A DNA stretch of 64,000 nucleotides from Thermomicrobiales bacterium. Lineage in GTDB: Bacteria > Chloroflexota > Chloroflexia > Thermomicrobiales > UBA6265. Numbering within the stretch: position 1 is the stretch's first letter; every line of letters starts with the position of its first letter. Below the pieces are notes generated by a model. That model worked only from the letters and a program-made list of their open reading frames with translations, searched no databases and was not told where the DNA came from. Shown here one piece after another: positions 36,631 to 45,660 of the stretch. The stretch covers positions 21,192-85,191 of the forward strand of contig DAOUDE010000062.1 in NCBI GenBank assembly GCA_034431475.1, in the 5' to 3' direction. A program made the position numbers and the translations under genes.

Positions 36631-38018
36631 GCCATCAGGAATCGCATTTCGCGAGCGTGGCGCAGCTCGGCGCGTGGCTGCGTCAGGGCCAGATCACCGC
36701 CGTCGAGCTGGCAACGCGCTCGCTGGAGCGGCTGGACTCCGTTGGGCGAGACCTGAACGCCGTGGTGACGCTGACGCGCGAACGCGCACTCGCCGAAGCC
36801 GAGCAGGCCGACGCCGAGCTCACCGCCGGGCGAGACCGGGGAGCGTTGCACGGCATTCCCTACGGCGCGAAAGACCTGCTGGCGGTCTCGCGCTACCCCA
36901 CGACCTGGGGCGCCGCGCCCCTGCGTGACCAGGTGTTCCGGGACAACGCAGCGGTCATCACCTTCATGCACGCGGCTGGCGCCGTGCTGACGGCCAAGTT
37001 AGCGATGGTGGAGTTCGCGGGCGGATTCGGCTACGACCAGCCCAATGCGGCGCTCAATGGACCAGGCCTCAACGCCTGGGACACGGGGCGGTGGGCGGGC
37101 GGTTCCTCCAGCGGTTCGGGCGCGGCGGTCGCTGCCGGCTGCGTGCCGCTGGCAATCGGCACCGAGACCTGGGGTTCCATTCACGTGCCCGCGGCGTTCA
37201 ACGGCATCACCGGCTTCCGGCCCACCTTTGGCCTGGTGAGCCGGAGCGGCGCGATGGCGCTTTCGTGGTCGATGGACAAGATCGGGCCCATGGCGCGCAG
37301 CGCGGCTGACTGTGAGTCGATGCTGCTGGCGCTGGCCGGTCGTGACCCCGGCGACCTCGCCACGCTGGGGCGGCCTCCGTTCCAACCCGATCCACGTCGC
37401 AACGGCTTCCGCTTTGCCACACTCGCCGACGGGGAAGAGGGGGTGGAGCCAGATGTCCTGGCGCGCTACCGCGATGCCGTGGACGTGTTCGCGGACCTGG
37501 GCACGATTGAAGAAATCTCCCTGCCCGACCTGCCGTACAACGCCGCGGCTTCCACCGTGATCGCGGCGGAAGCGGCGGCAGCCTTCGAGGAGTTCCTGGA
37601 GGCGGGGCTGGCTGACGGCCTGACCGCGCCTGAGGACCGTGTGTCGTTGCTCTCAGGCTTTTCCCTGCCGGCTACCGACTACGTACGTGCCCTGCGGGTG
37701 CGGATGCGTGCCGGTTCGGCGCTGGAGCACGCCTTCGCCCGGTACGACGCCATCATCACTCCAGGCTACCGATCAGAGGCAACACCGATCTCGATGCGCT
37801 TCTCGGAGGAACCAGATTTCTTCGGATTGCGTACTATCGATGGAGCAGCAAACCTTTGTGGCTTGCCCGGGCTCATGATGCCCATCGGACCGGGCGCCCA
37901 CGGCTTGCCAACGGCTGTGTGCCTGACGGGCCGCGCTGACGCGGACGCCGTCTTGCTGGCGGCCGGGCAGGCCTACCAGGCAGCTACCGAATGGCACGTT
38001 GCAGTCCCGCCCATCTGA
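36624..38018 (+). CDS. amidase-signature (AS) family amidase (GatA/AtzE-like)
   Basis: GIPYGAKDLL, GGSSSGSGAAVAAG (the AS Gly/Ser-rich signature) and the Ser-cisSer-Lys context. Confidence 0.88.
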   Translation: MVSHQESHFASVAQLGAWLRQGQITAVELATRSLERLDSVGRDLNAVVTLTRERALAEAEQADAELTAGRDRGALHGIPYGAKDLLAVSRYPTTWGAAPLRDQVFRDNAAVITFMHAAGAVLTAKLAMVEFAGGFGYDQPNAALNGPGLNAWDTGRWAGGSSSGSGAAVAAGCVPLAIGTETWGSIHVPAAFNGITGFRPTFGLVSRSGAMALSWSMDKIGPMARSAADCESMLLALAGRDPGDLATLGRPPFQPDPRRNGFRFATLADGEEGVEPDVLARYRDAVDVFADLGTIEEISLPDLPYNAAASTVIAAEAAAAFEEFLEAGLADGLTAPEDRVSLLSGFSLPATDYVRALRVRMRAGSALEHAFARYDAIITPGYRSEATPISMRFSEEPDFFGLRTIDGAANLCGLPGLMMPIGPGAHGLPTAVCLTGRADADAVLLAAGQAYQAATEWHVAVPPI

Positions 38019-38065
38019 GACATCGTCCCCGAGCGCAGGCGACGGGGTAGGCTGAGGAACTCGAC

Positions 38066-39403
38066 ATGCGCACGCCCGTTGAACCCCGAAATTCGCTCGA
38101 TCCCGATGCCACCGGCCAGCCAGAGGCGTCGCCTTCGGCACGTCCTGGGCTCCTCTACGTGCGTCCCCGCGTCACGACCGGCCTGGTGGCTGGCGCGTTG
38201 GGACTCGGTGTGCTGATCGGCAGTGGCATGCCGGGCGGCCTCGCCAGCACGCTTGCCGACGACTCGTTGACTGGCCGCCCAGAGTTTGCCACGCTGGAGC
38301 GGACGTGGGAACTGATCCACAGCGAGTGGGCGGACCCTGCGGACATCGACGATTCGGCGCTTATCTACGGCGCGGCGCGGGGCATGGTCGACGCCATCGG
38401 CGACACCGGGCACAGCGCTTTCCTCGATCCGGAAATGGTGAAGGAACAGGCTACCGAGGAAGCCTCCAGCTATGTCGGAATCGGCGTTGAGGTGGATTCC
38501 CGGTGCGGCGTGCCGGTCGTCACCTCCACGTTCAAGGGTTCACCAGCACGCGATGCGGGCATGCAGCCAGGAGATGTGATTGAGGCGGTCGATGGTGAAT
38601 CGACACGCCAGATGGATATCGACGGGCTGCGCTCGGCCATTCTCGGCAGCGAAGGGGACTCGCTCACGGTAACGGTGCATCGCCCTGGATCGCCGGACCC
38701 GATCGACTTCAACGTGGTGCGCCGCTCAATCGACCGCGACCAGGTTACCTGGCGCTGGCTGCCTGACAAGACAATCCAGATGCGCATCACGCAATTCCAG
38801 CCCGGCGTGAGCAAGGACGTGCGCAGTGCCCTGCAGGTCGCCAAGGCCGAGGGCGCCGAGCGGCTCATCCTGGATTTGCGCGGCAATCCTGGTGGCCTGG
38901 TTTCCGAGGTGATTGGCGTTGCGTCCCAGTTGATGGATGAGGGCCTGACGATCTTCCAGGAGCAGGGGCGAGACGGCATCTCCCATGACCTGCGCACCAT
39001 CGGGTTCGATGGCCCGGGGCGAGACATGGCACTGGTTGTGCTAATTGATGGCCAGTCGGCGTCCGGTGCAGAAGTCCTGGCGGCAGGATTGCGTGATAAC
39101 GGCCGGGCCAAGCTCGTTGGGGAGACGACGTTCGGCACCGGGACAGTCCTGGCCACCTACGCGCAGGATGACGGCTCGAACCTGATCCTGGGCACTGCCT
39201 TCTGGCTGACGCCAAAGGGCGAGCATGTCTGGCAGGAGGGTGTGGATCCTGACGAGTTTGTCATGATGGAGTCGAACGAGTTTCCGGCGCGCCCGGAAGA
39301 CGACCCGGACATGACGCAGGCGGAACTGGCCGCCAGCTCGGATGTCCAGCTCCAGGCAGCGTTCGCGGCTCTTGATGAGGATGCCACCGCGACAACGCAG
39401 TAG
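38066..39403 (+). CDS. S41 family C-terminal processing peptidase (PDZ domain)
   Basis: PDZ segment GSPARDAGMQPGDVIEAVDG, the catalytic region DLRGNPGGL, and IDGQSASGAEVLA. N-terminal TM/signal anchor. Confidence 0.88.
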   Translation: MRTPVEPRNSLDPDATGQPEASPSARPGLLYVRPRVTTGLVAGALGLGVLIGSGMPGGLASTLADDSLTGRPEFATLERTWELIHSEWADPADIDDSALIYGAARGMVDAIGDTGHSAFLDPEMVKEQATEEASSYVGIGVEVDSRCGVPVVTSTFKGSPARDAGMQPGDVIEAVDGESTRQMDIDGLRSAILGSEGDSLTVTVHRPGSPDPIDFNVVRRSIDRDQVTWRWLPDKTIQMRITQFQPGVSKDVRSALQVAKAEGAERLILDLRGNPGGLVSEVIGVASQLMDEGLTIFQEQGRDGISHDLRTIGFDGPGRDMALVVLIDGQSASGAEVLAAGLRDNGRAKLVGETTFGTGTVLATYAQDDGSNLILGTAFWLTPKGEHVWQEGVDPDEFVMMESNEFPARPEDDPDMTQAELAASSDVQLQAAFAALDEDATATTQ

Positions 39404-39480
39404 CCTACGCCACACCTGCCGTAAAGTCTCACCGACGGGCCTGTGATTTACGCAGGATCGCAACGAGCGCATGGTAAGGT

Positions 39481-39957
39481 TTGGCTGTCCGGATATGCCG
39501 GGAAACAGCGAGCGCTACGGAGGTTTTTGCCCGGATGCTCTCTTCCGAGGCCTTGCCTGAAATTGCGCTGCGCGCGACTGCGGCAGCCCGTCGGTTTCGC
39601 ATCTTTCTTGTCGTTGGGGCAATTGGCCTCGCCGTCAACCAGGCAGTACTGTATCTGTTGGTCGCCGAAACCGGCATGCGCGTGGCATCGGCTTCTCCCT
39701 TCGCCATTGCGGGCTCCATGGTCGTCACGTTTCTGCTCAACGAGCATTGGACGTGGCGTGATCGAGGCAGCGGGGCTCTCTGGCGCAGGGCCAGTATGTA
39801 TGGAGTCATCAACTCCGGCGGCTTGATCATCAACTGGCTCGTGCTCGTCACGCTGACGCACCTTGGCCTCAACTATCTCCTGGCCAACGTGATCGGCGCA
39901 GGCGTAGCGGCAATCTGGAATTTCGGGCTGAATCACGCGCTCACCTGGCGGCGCTAG
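39481..39957 (+). CDS. GtrA-family membrane protein
   Basis: RFRIFLVVGAIGLAVNQAVLYLLV...FLLNEHWTWRD...NFGLNHALTWR is the 4-TM GtrA-like pattern. The start is uncertain: TTG 39481 or ATG 39535. Confidence 0.75.
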   Translation: MAVRICRETASATEVFARMLSSEALPEIALRATAAARRFRIFLVVGAIGLAVNQAVLYLLVAETGMRVASASPFAIAGSMVVTFLLNEHWTWRDRGSGALWRRASMYGVINSGGLIINWLVLVTLTHLGLNYLLANVIGAGVAAIWNFGLNHALTWRR

Positions 39958-40104
39958 CTGCGCTGCGAACTGGCGTTTACGCGCATGCGCCGGGCGTCGC
40001 ATGGTCTACACTCGGCCACGCAAAAGAACCGGCTTCGGGCGGTTGAGACGCAGCTGACGTGCCTCCCGCGGGCACAGAGGTAGAGAAGAGGGCTTCCCCA
40101 CACT

Positions 40105-41628
40105 ATGGACTCAGCACGCAACGGTCAGGAACGCTCCGGTGATCGCTCCGTGCAGAATGGCTCAGGACCGGCTCAAAGCAATTCCACATTGATCATGGGC
40201 GCCGGCCCCGGTGGTCTCTGCTCGGCGTACGTGCTTTCACGGGCCGGGCTCCCGGTCACGGTCGTGGAGAAAGCCCCATTCGTCGGTGGACTCGCACGCA
40301 CGATCCGCAAGCCGACCGAGTACGGCGAATTCAAGTTCGATATTGGCGGCCACCGCTGGTTCACCAAGAACGATGAGCTCAACGAGTTGTTCCGCGAGGT
40401 CGTGGCTGACGAACTGTTGTGGGTGAACCGCATCAGCCGCATTTATTTCGATGGCAAGTACGTCGATTACCCCCTCAAGATTTCCAACGCGCTGAAGGCG
40501 ATTGGTCCGGTGGTGGCCGCCCAGGCGATGGCCGACTATGGCCGTACCCGCGTGCAGCAGAAGGTCAAGCCCGCCGAGGTCGAATCGATGGAGGATGCCT
40601 ACATCGACCAGTTCGGCCCAACACTGTATCGGCTCTTCTTCCAGCGCTACTCGGAAAAGGTGTGGGGGCTACCCTGCGACCAGATGAGCGGCGACTGGGT
40701 GTCGCAGCGTTCCAAGGGCATGTCGCTGGTGACCGCCGTCAAGGACGCGGTGGTGCCCTCCAAAGGCAAGGTCGTCAGCCTGATCGACGAGTTCATGTAC
40801 CCGGCAGGCGGGTTTGGCCGCTTCTCGGAGCGCATGGCCGACGCCATCACCGCCACCGGCAACGAGATTCTGCTGGAGACCGGCGTGGAGCGCGTTCACC
40901 GTGAGGGCAACCGCGTAACCGGAATCACGGTGCGCACGCCGAATGGCACCGAACGCCTGACGGCGGACAATTACATCTCGTCGATTCCCCTGACGTTGCT
41001 CGCCAAGATCGTCGACCCGGCGCCACCCGCCGATGTTCTGGCTGCAGCCGACCAGTTGACCTTCCGCAACATCATCACCGTCAACCTGATGCTGAAGAAG
41101 CGACAGGTCACGAACGATACCTGGCTCTATGTCCACGACAAGAACATCCTTTTCGGCCGGTTCCACGAGCCCAAGAACTGGAGCCCGGAGATGGTGCCCA
41201 GCGACGAGTACACGTCGCTCGTGGTGGAGTACTTCTGCTCGTTCGGCGATCACATCTGGTCCATGTCCGAAGACGAACTGGTCCAGCAGACAGTGAAGCA
41301 CCTGGTTCAGGACCTCAAGTTCATCACGCCGGACGAGGTCATTGGCGGGTTCACCATCCGCGCGCCGCGTGCCTATCCCTCCTATGTGATCGGGTACGAG
41401 AAGCCGCTCGCACGCATCAAGGCGTTCATCGACGAACTCGAGAACCTGCAGATCATTGGCCGGTACGGGACGTTCCGCTACAACAACACGGATCACTCCA
41501 TCGAGACGGGCCTGCTGGCTGCCAAGAACATCCTCGGAGAGCACCACGACCTCGACCGGGTCAATGCCGACTCCGAGTATCACGAGATCAAGCGGGTGCC
41601 CGAGCCTGTTGTGGCCGGGCGTAGCTAG
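40105..41628 (+). CDS. FAD/NAD(P)-binding oxidoreductase (amine-oxidase / UDP-galactopyranose-mutase-like superfamily)
   Basis: Rossmann motif LIMGAGPGGLCSAYVLSRAGLPVTVVEKAPFVGG, plus IGGHRWF and a C-terminal GRYGTFRYNNTDHS typical of this flavoenzyme group. Confidence 0.8.
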   Translation: MDSARNGQERSGDRSVQNGSGPAQSNSTLIMGAGPGGLCSAYVLSRAGLPVTVVEKAPFVGGLARTIRKPTEYGEFKFDIGGHRWFTKNDELNELFREVVADELLWVNRISRIYFDGKYVDYPLKISNALKAIGPVVAAQAMADYGRTRVQQKVKPAEVESMEDAYIDQFGPTLYRLFFQRYSEKVWGLPCDQMSGDWVSQRSKGMSLVTAVKDAVVPSKGKVVSLIDEFMYPAGGFGRFSERMADAITATGNEILLETGVERVHREGNRVTGITVRTPNGTERLTADNYISSIPLTLLAKIVDPAPPADVLAAADQLTFRNIITVNLMLKKRQVTNDTWLYVHDKNILFGRFHEPKNWSPEMVPSDEYTSLVVEYFCSFGDHIWSMSEDELVQQTVKHLVQDLKFITPDEVIGGFTIRAPRAYPSYVIGYEKPLARIKAFIDELENLQIIGRYGTFRYNNTDHSIETGLLAAKNILGEHHDLDRVNADSEYHEIKRVPEPVVAGRS

Positions 41629-41658
41629 GTCCTTCCCGGGAGACGTGGCGGTGCTCGG

Positions 41659-43191
41659 TTGAGCGCGGTCCTCGGAGCGGGCGCGGCAGCTACCGCGCCC
41701 GCAAGCCATGCGCGCCCCCGGTGGTCGCAGGCGACCACGTTCATCATCCTGCTCCTGGCAGTCTTCACAGCCAAGCAGATATTTTCAGTCGCTGCGTTCT
41801 ACCCATTCAGCGGCCACGATGAGTTGGCGCACTACAGCTATATCCGCACGCTTGCGACCGAGGGGCGGTTGCCGGTGCTGCCGGACCTGGAGGAGTGGCG
41901 AGGCCAACTGCGAGGCGGGCAGCCGCCACCCACCGACGAGATTCCGAGTGAGCTCTACCCGTACTGCCGCTTTGTGCTGGACTGGTTCTGCGAGCCCGAG
42001 AATTTCCGATGGCGGGAGCATCCCCCCCGTATCGTGACCGTGCCGGGGTATGGCTACTTTCCGTCAGGCTATCAGTACGTCGCTAATCATCCGCCGCTCT
42101 ACTACGCGCTGATGACGCCGGTCTATCTGCTCTCCAGCCGGGCGTCGGTAGAAGTACAGCAGTACCTGTTGCGGCTGGCAGCCATTCCCTTTGGCGTGCT
42201 CACGGTGTACGCCGCCTTTCGCACCACCCGGCTCCTGTTCCCGGCTGACTGGTTCATGCTGATCACCGTGCCGGCGTTCGTCGCGTTTCAGCCCCAGATC
42301 AGCTACGAGGCGGCGATGGTCAACAACGACATTGTCGCCATCGCGATTTTTTCCCTGCTCATATGGGGCATCGTGGCCGGCATGAAGAGCGCCTTCCCGG
42401 CACGCCTCTGCGTGCTGCTCGGCGTCGCGCTTGGAGCCGGTCTGCTGGTCAAGAGCACCACCGCCACCATCGCACCGGTGATCGCGCTGGCCATGCTCTG
42501 GACCCTTGGAATCCGGGACTGGCGTCGCCTCGTCACGCGCGGCCTGCTGGTAGGTGTCCCGGCCGTCATCCTGGCGGCTCCCTGGTACCTCTATCTGCAC
42601 CACACCTACGGTGATTTCAGTGGTCTGGGGCGGGTGGCGGAACTGCAATACTGGAACGCGCCGATGGGCAGCTTCTGGCAGTTGCTTACCGATCCCGACT
42701 TCGTGATCGGGCGCTTCCGCGAAAGCTGGGGCGAATATGGCTGGCGCATCATTCACTTCCGTCAGGAATTGCTCGTCGCCATCGCAATCCCGATGATCGC
42801 GGGAACGATGGGGCTGGCGATCTACGCGCTTGCGCGGTGGCGCGGTCGGCCAATCTGGAGCATCGCGCCTGCCGACCATGAAGAACGCTGGCAGGTCCGG
42901 GCGCTCTGGATACTCGCACTGGCGTGCGCCGTCGCCTACCTGGCGGTCATCCAGTTCGGCACCCAGTTCGCCCTGGCGCAGGCGCGGTACTTCTTCCCGG
43001 TCGTCAACGCCGCCGCCGTGCTGGTCATGCTGGGCCTGCGCACGCTCATCCCGTGGCGGTGGCGGCCAGCCGGGCAGGGGCTCATTTTCGCGGCGTTGAT
43101 CGCGCTCAACGTGTACATCTTCGCGGCCTACGTCCTGCCGTTCACGACGACCTTCGACCAGCCAACGCTCCCCTGGGTCTGGAATGATTGA
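41659..43191 (+). CDS. polytopic GT-C-like membrane glycosyltransferase (ArnT/PMT-like), putative
   Basis: About 12 hydrophobic segments. Acidic motif HDELAHYSY sits in the first predicted loop, as in GT-C enzymes. Operon context with GtrA. The family call is tentative. Confidence 0.6.
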   Translation: MSAVLGAGAAATAPASHARPRWSQATTFIILLLAVFTAKQIFSVAAFYPFSGHDELAHYSYIRTLATEGRLPVLPDLEEWRGQLRGGQPPPTDEIPSELYPYCRFVLDWFCEPENFRWREHPPRIVTVPGYGYFPSGYQYVANHPPLYYALMTPVYLLSSRASVEVQQYLLRLAAIPFGVLTVYAAFRTTRLLFPADWFMLITVPAFVAFQPQISYEAAMVNNDIVAIAIFSLLIWGIVAGMKSAFPARLCVLLGVALGAGLLVKSTTATIAPVIALAMLWTLGIRDWRRLVTRGLLVGVPAVILAAPWYLYLHHTYGDFSGLGRVAELQYWNAPMGSFWQLLTDPDFVIGRFRESWGEYGWRIIHFRQELLVAIAIPMIAGTMGLAIYALARWRGRPIWSIAPADHEERWQVRALWILALACAVAYLAVIQFGTQFALAQARYFFPVVNAAAVLVMLGLRTLIPWRWRPAGQGLIFAALIALNVYIFAAYVLPFTTTFDQPTLPWVWND

Positions 43192-43573
43192 GGTAACCGC
43201 AACCCCGGCTGTTGATGAGCCCTCCGCGACCTCAGCCGCGTCGCTCCGGGCTGATCACCCCGCGCGGGGGCTCCGGCTGCCGCTGGTACTCGCGGCCGGG
43301 TGGCTCCTGTTCACCTTGGGGTTGGCGTGGTTCATCTTCGCCGGCAGCGTGCGCGTCGGCGCCGGGCACTGGCTGGGGCAGCGCCTGCGCGTGCGCATCA
43401 TCTGGAGCCGCTTTCTCGACTACCTCGCAGATCATGGGGCCAGCACCCCGGCAACAAGCCTGGTTGCGCTGGCGGCGATCTCGGCACTCATGGGAAGCCT
43501 TGCATTGCTCTGGTGGGCACTCGGCCAGCGCCACGATGAAACCGAGCCTCCGGTGACACCGGACGCATCGTGA
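43184..43573 (+). CDS. small membrane protein (2-3 TM)
   Basis: The ATG overlaps the upstream stop (ATGATTGA) and its own stop overlaps the next start (GTGA). Hydrophobic segments LPLVLAAGWLLFTLGLAWFIF and LVALAAISALMGSLALLWWAL. Confidence 0.5.
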   Translation: MIEVTATPAVDEPSATSAASLRADHPARGLRLPLVLAAGWLLFTLGLAWFIFAGSVRVGAGHWLGQRLRVRIIWSRFLDYLADHGASTPATSLVALAAISALMGSLALLWWALGQRHDETEPPVTPDAS

Positions 43574-45618
43574 CCTCGGCGCGGGAACAGCGCTGGTACA
43601 GAGCGGTGTGGCTGTTGCTGTTCGCGGCGTTCGCGTGCCACGCGGCGCTGCGCATGCAGGCATTCGTACTGACCGCCCAGGTTTCGTTGCCAGACGGCGT
43701 TGCCTGGCTCCCCAACACCTTCGCCACGGTCGATCATCCCTTTCACGTGGCACGCGCGGCCACACTCTGGCAGGAGTTGGAGCAGGGGCGCCTCCTGCGC
43801 TGGATCGGGCAACACCAGGGCGGCTACCCAGTCGAGTTCTATCCCCTCGGCGAAGCCTGGCTGGAAGTGGCCATCCGCGCCGCCTCCCTCGGGCAGTTGG
43901 GCGCGGAGGGCGCGCACACCCTGGCCGTTGTGGTCATCTTCCTCCTGCCCGGCGCTGGCTTTCTTGCGCTCAGTCGCCTGGATGCACTCTCGCCAGCGGT
44001 GGCGTTGCTCGCCCTTGGCCTGCAACTGGCGCTGCCAAGCGGCTGGTATCACGGCGGTTACACCGAACTCGTGCAGTGGGGCCTGGTTACGAACGTGGCC
44101 GGGGCGACCGCCGCGTTCCTGCTACTGCCCGCGCTGACATGGTTCTGCCAGTCCGGGCGCTGGGCTGGACTCGCCGCCAGCGTGTTGCTGGCGGCTTCCG
44201 CGGTCTACAGCAATCCTCGCTCGCTCATTGGCGTGGCGGCGGTGGCGCTCGGTTGCCTCCTCAGCCTGACCCTTGCGCGGCCCGAGGTGGCGCTCTCCGT
44301 GGTATGGCGCATTACTATGGTGACGGTTGGGACACTCCTCGTGACGGCGCCACTGCTTCTTTCGCTGTTGCGGTTTGGCGGCCTTTACACGTTTGTCCAC
44401 TACAGCGGGTACGAAGACCCTGGCGCCTATGCGCGTGCGTCACTGCAGGCCGTGACGCCGTGGGTAATCGGGCTGGCAGTGCTCGGCGGGATTGGCGCGT
44501 TCGCAGGACGACGGGTGGGGCAGCGGATACCCCGTCCGCTGGCCACGCGGGGCGCGTTCCTGGCGCTCGTTGGATACGTGCTCCTGACCTTCGCGCTCTC
44601 GTTTGTTCCCGCACTCGAAGCGGCTGCTACCCAACTCGAGACCACGCGCCTGATGCCACTGCAGCGCCTGCTCACGCTCTACCTGGCAGCGGCCGGCATC
44701 TGGTGGTTGGTGTCAGCGGCCTTCCGCCGGCGGATGTGGGTGGCCGAGGTAGCGATGGCGGTGGCCGCCGTGGTCCTGCTGATCGCGCTGACGCGACCCC
44801 CGGCGACCGCGATCGACCCCGCCTCACCAGAGGTGCCGGCATTCGGGCTCTATCCCGTAACCATGTCGGCCCAGCCAGTCCAGGAGCATTTCAGGCAAGC
44901 CGTTGTGCTGGCTGATACGGCAGCGGAGCCAGCGACGGCAATCCTCGTGCTGGGCTCGGGCTTGTCCTGGCATCAGGCGCTCTGGGCGCCCCTCTGGACG
45001 AAACGCCCGCTCTACTATGACAACTGGCTCTGGTACTGGCACCCGAATCAGGTTGGCACCCCCGGGTACCGGCCAGAGGCGGGGAACCACTACCCGGACC
45101 CCGAACAGACGCTGACCCCGGCTTTCCTGGCGGCGCACGGGATCGGGGGGGTGGTGGTCATCGGGCAGGCCGCCGCTGCCGCCGCGCATTCGCCGCTGCT
45201 GGAGCTGCTTGGTGGGATCGACTACCAGGCGTACGTCGTGCGCGATCCCCAGACCACGATCACGTTTGACGGAGCGAACGCCACACAGGCCACCTTTACC
45301 AACCAGATGATTTCCGCTCGGTCAAGCGCCGCTTCGCCGTCACCGCACGTGCGCGCGAACTGGTTTCCGCGCTGGAACGCCACGGGAGCCGGGGAGGCCA
45401 TCTCCGTCCGCCGCGCGAACGATGGCTCCCTGGCGTTAACCGCGACGTCGCCCACGTCATCCGTGGAACTGACCTACACGGTGCAGCCGCTCGACTGGTT
45501 GGCCCGCGCGCTGGCGGCAATGGGCCTGCTGCTGGTCATGATTTACCCGTTGGCCGTGTCCCGCGGCGCGCGCGGTAGCTACCATGAAGCGAGCCGCGTG
45601 CGCACTGCGGCTCGCTAA
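43570..45618 (+). CDS. large polytopic membrane protein with C-terminal extracytoplasmic domain (putative GT-C-like glycosyltransferase)
   Basis: 682 aa with more than 10 TM segments, followed by a ~230-aa soluble domain and a terminal TM. Translationally coupled to the preceding genes. Confidence 0.6.
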   Translation: MTSAREQRWYRAVWLLLFAAFACHAALRMQAFVLTAQVSLPDGVAWLPNTFATVDHPFHVARAATLWQELEQGRLLRWIGQHQGGYPVEFYPLGEAWLEVAIRAASLGQLGAEGAHTLAVVVIFLLPGAGFLALSRLDALSPAVALLALGLQLALPSGWYHGGYTELVQWGLVTNVAGATAAFLLLPALTWFCQSGRWAGLAASVLLAASAVYSNPRSLIGVAAVALGCLLSLTLARPEVALSVVWRITMVTVGTLLVTAPLLLSLLRFGGLYTFVHYSGYEDPGAYARASLQAVTPWVIGLAVLGGIGAFAGRRVGQRIPRPLATRGAFLALVGYVLLTFALSFVPALEAAATQLETTRLMPLQRLLTLYLAAAGIWWLVSAAFRRRMWVAEVAMAVAAVVLLIALTRPPATAIDPASPEVPAFGLYPVTMSAQPVQEHFRQAVVLADTAAEPATAILVLGSGLSWHQALWAPLWTKRPLYYDNWLWYWHPNQVGTPGYRPEAGNHYPDPEQTLTPAFLAAHGIGGVVVIGQAAAAAAHSPLLELLGGIDYQAYVVRDPQTTITFDGANATQATFTNQMISARSSAASPSPHVRANWFPRWNATGAGEAISVRRANDGSLALTATSPTSSVELTYTVQPLDWLARALAAMGLLLVMIYPLAVSRGARGSYHEASRVRTAAR

Positions 45619-45660
45619 CGCAGGAGATTTGTTCAGACCTATGCCAACGGGTATCCCGCA

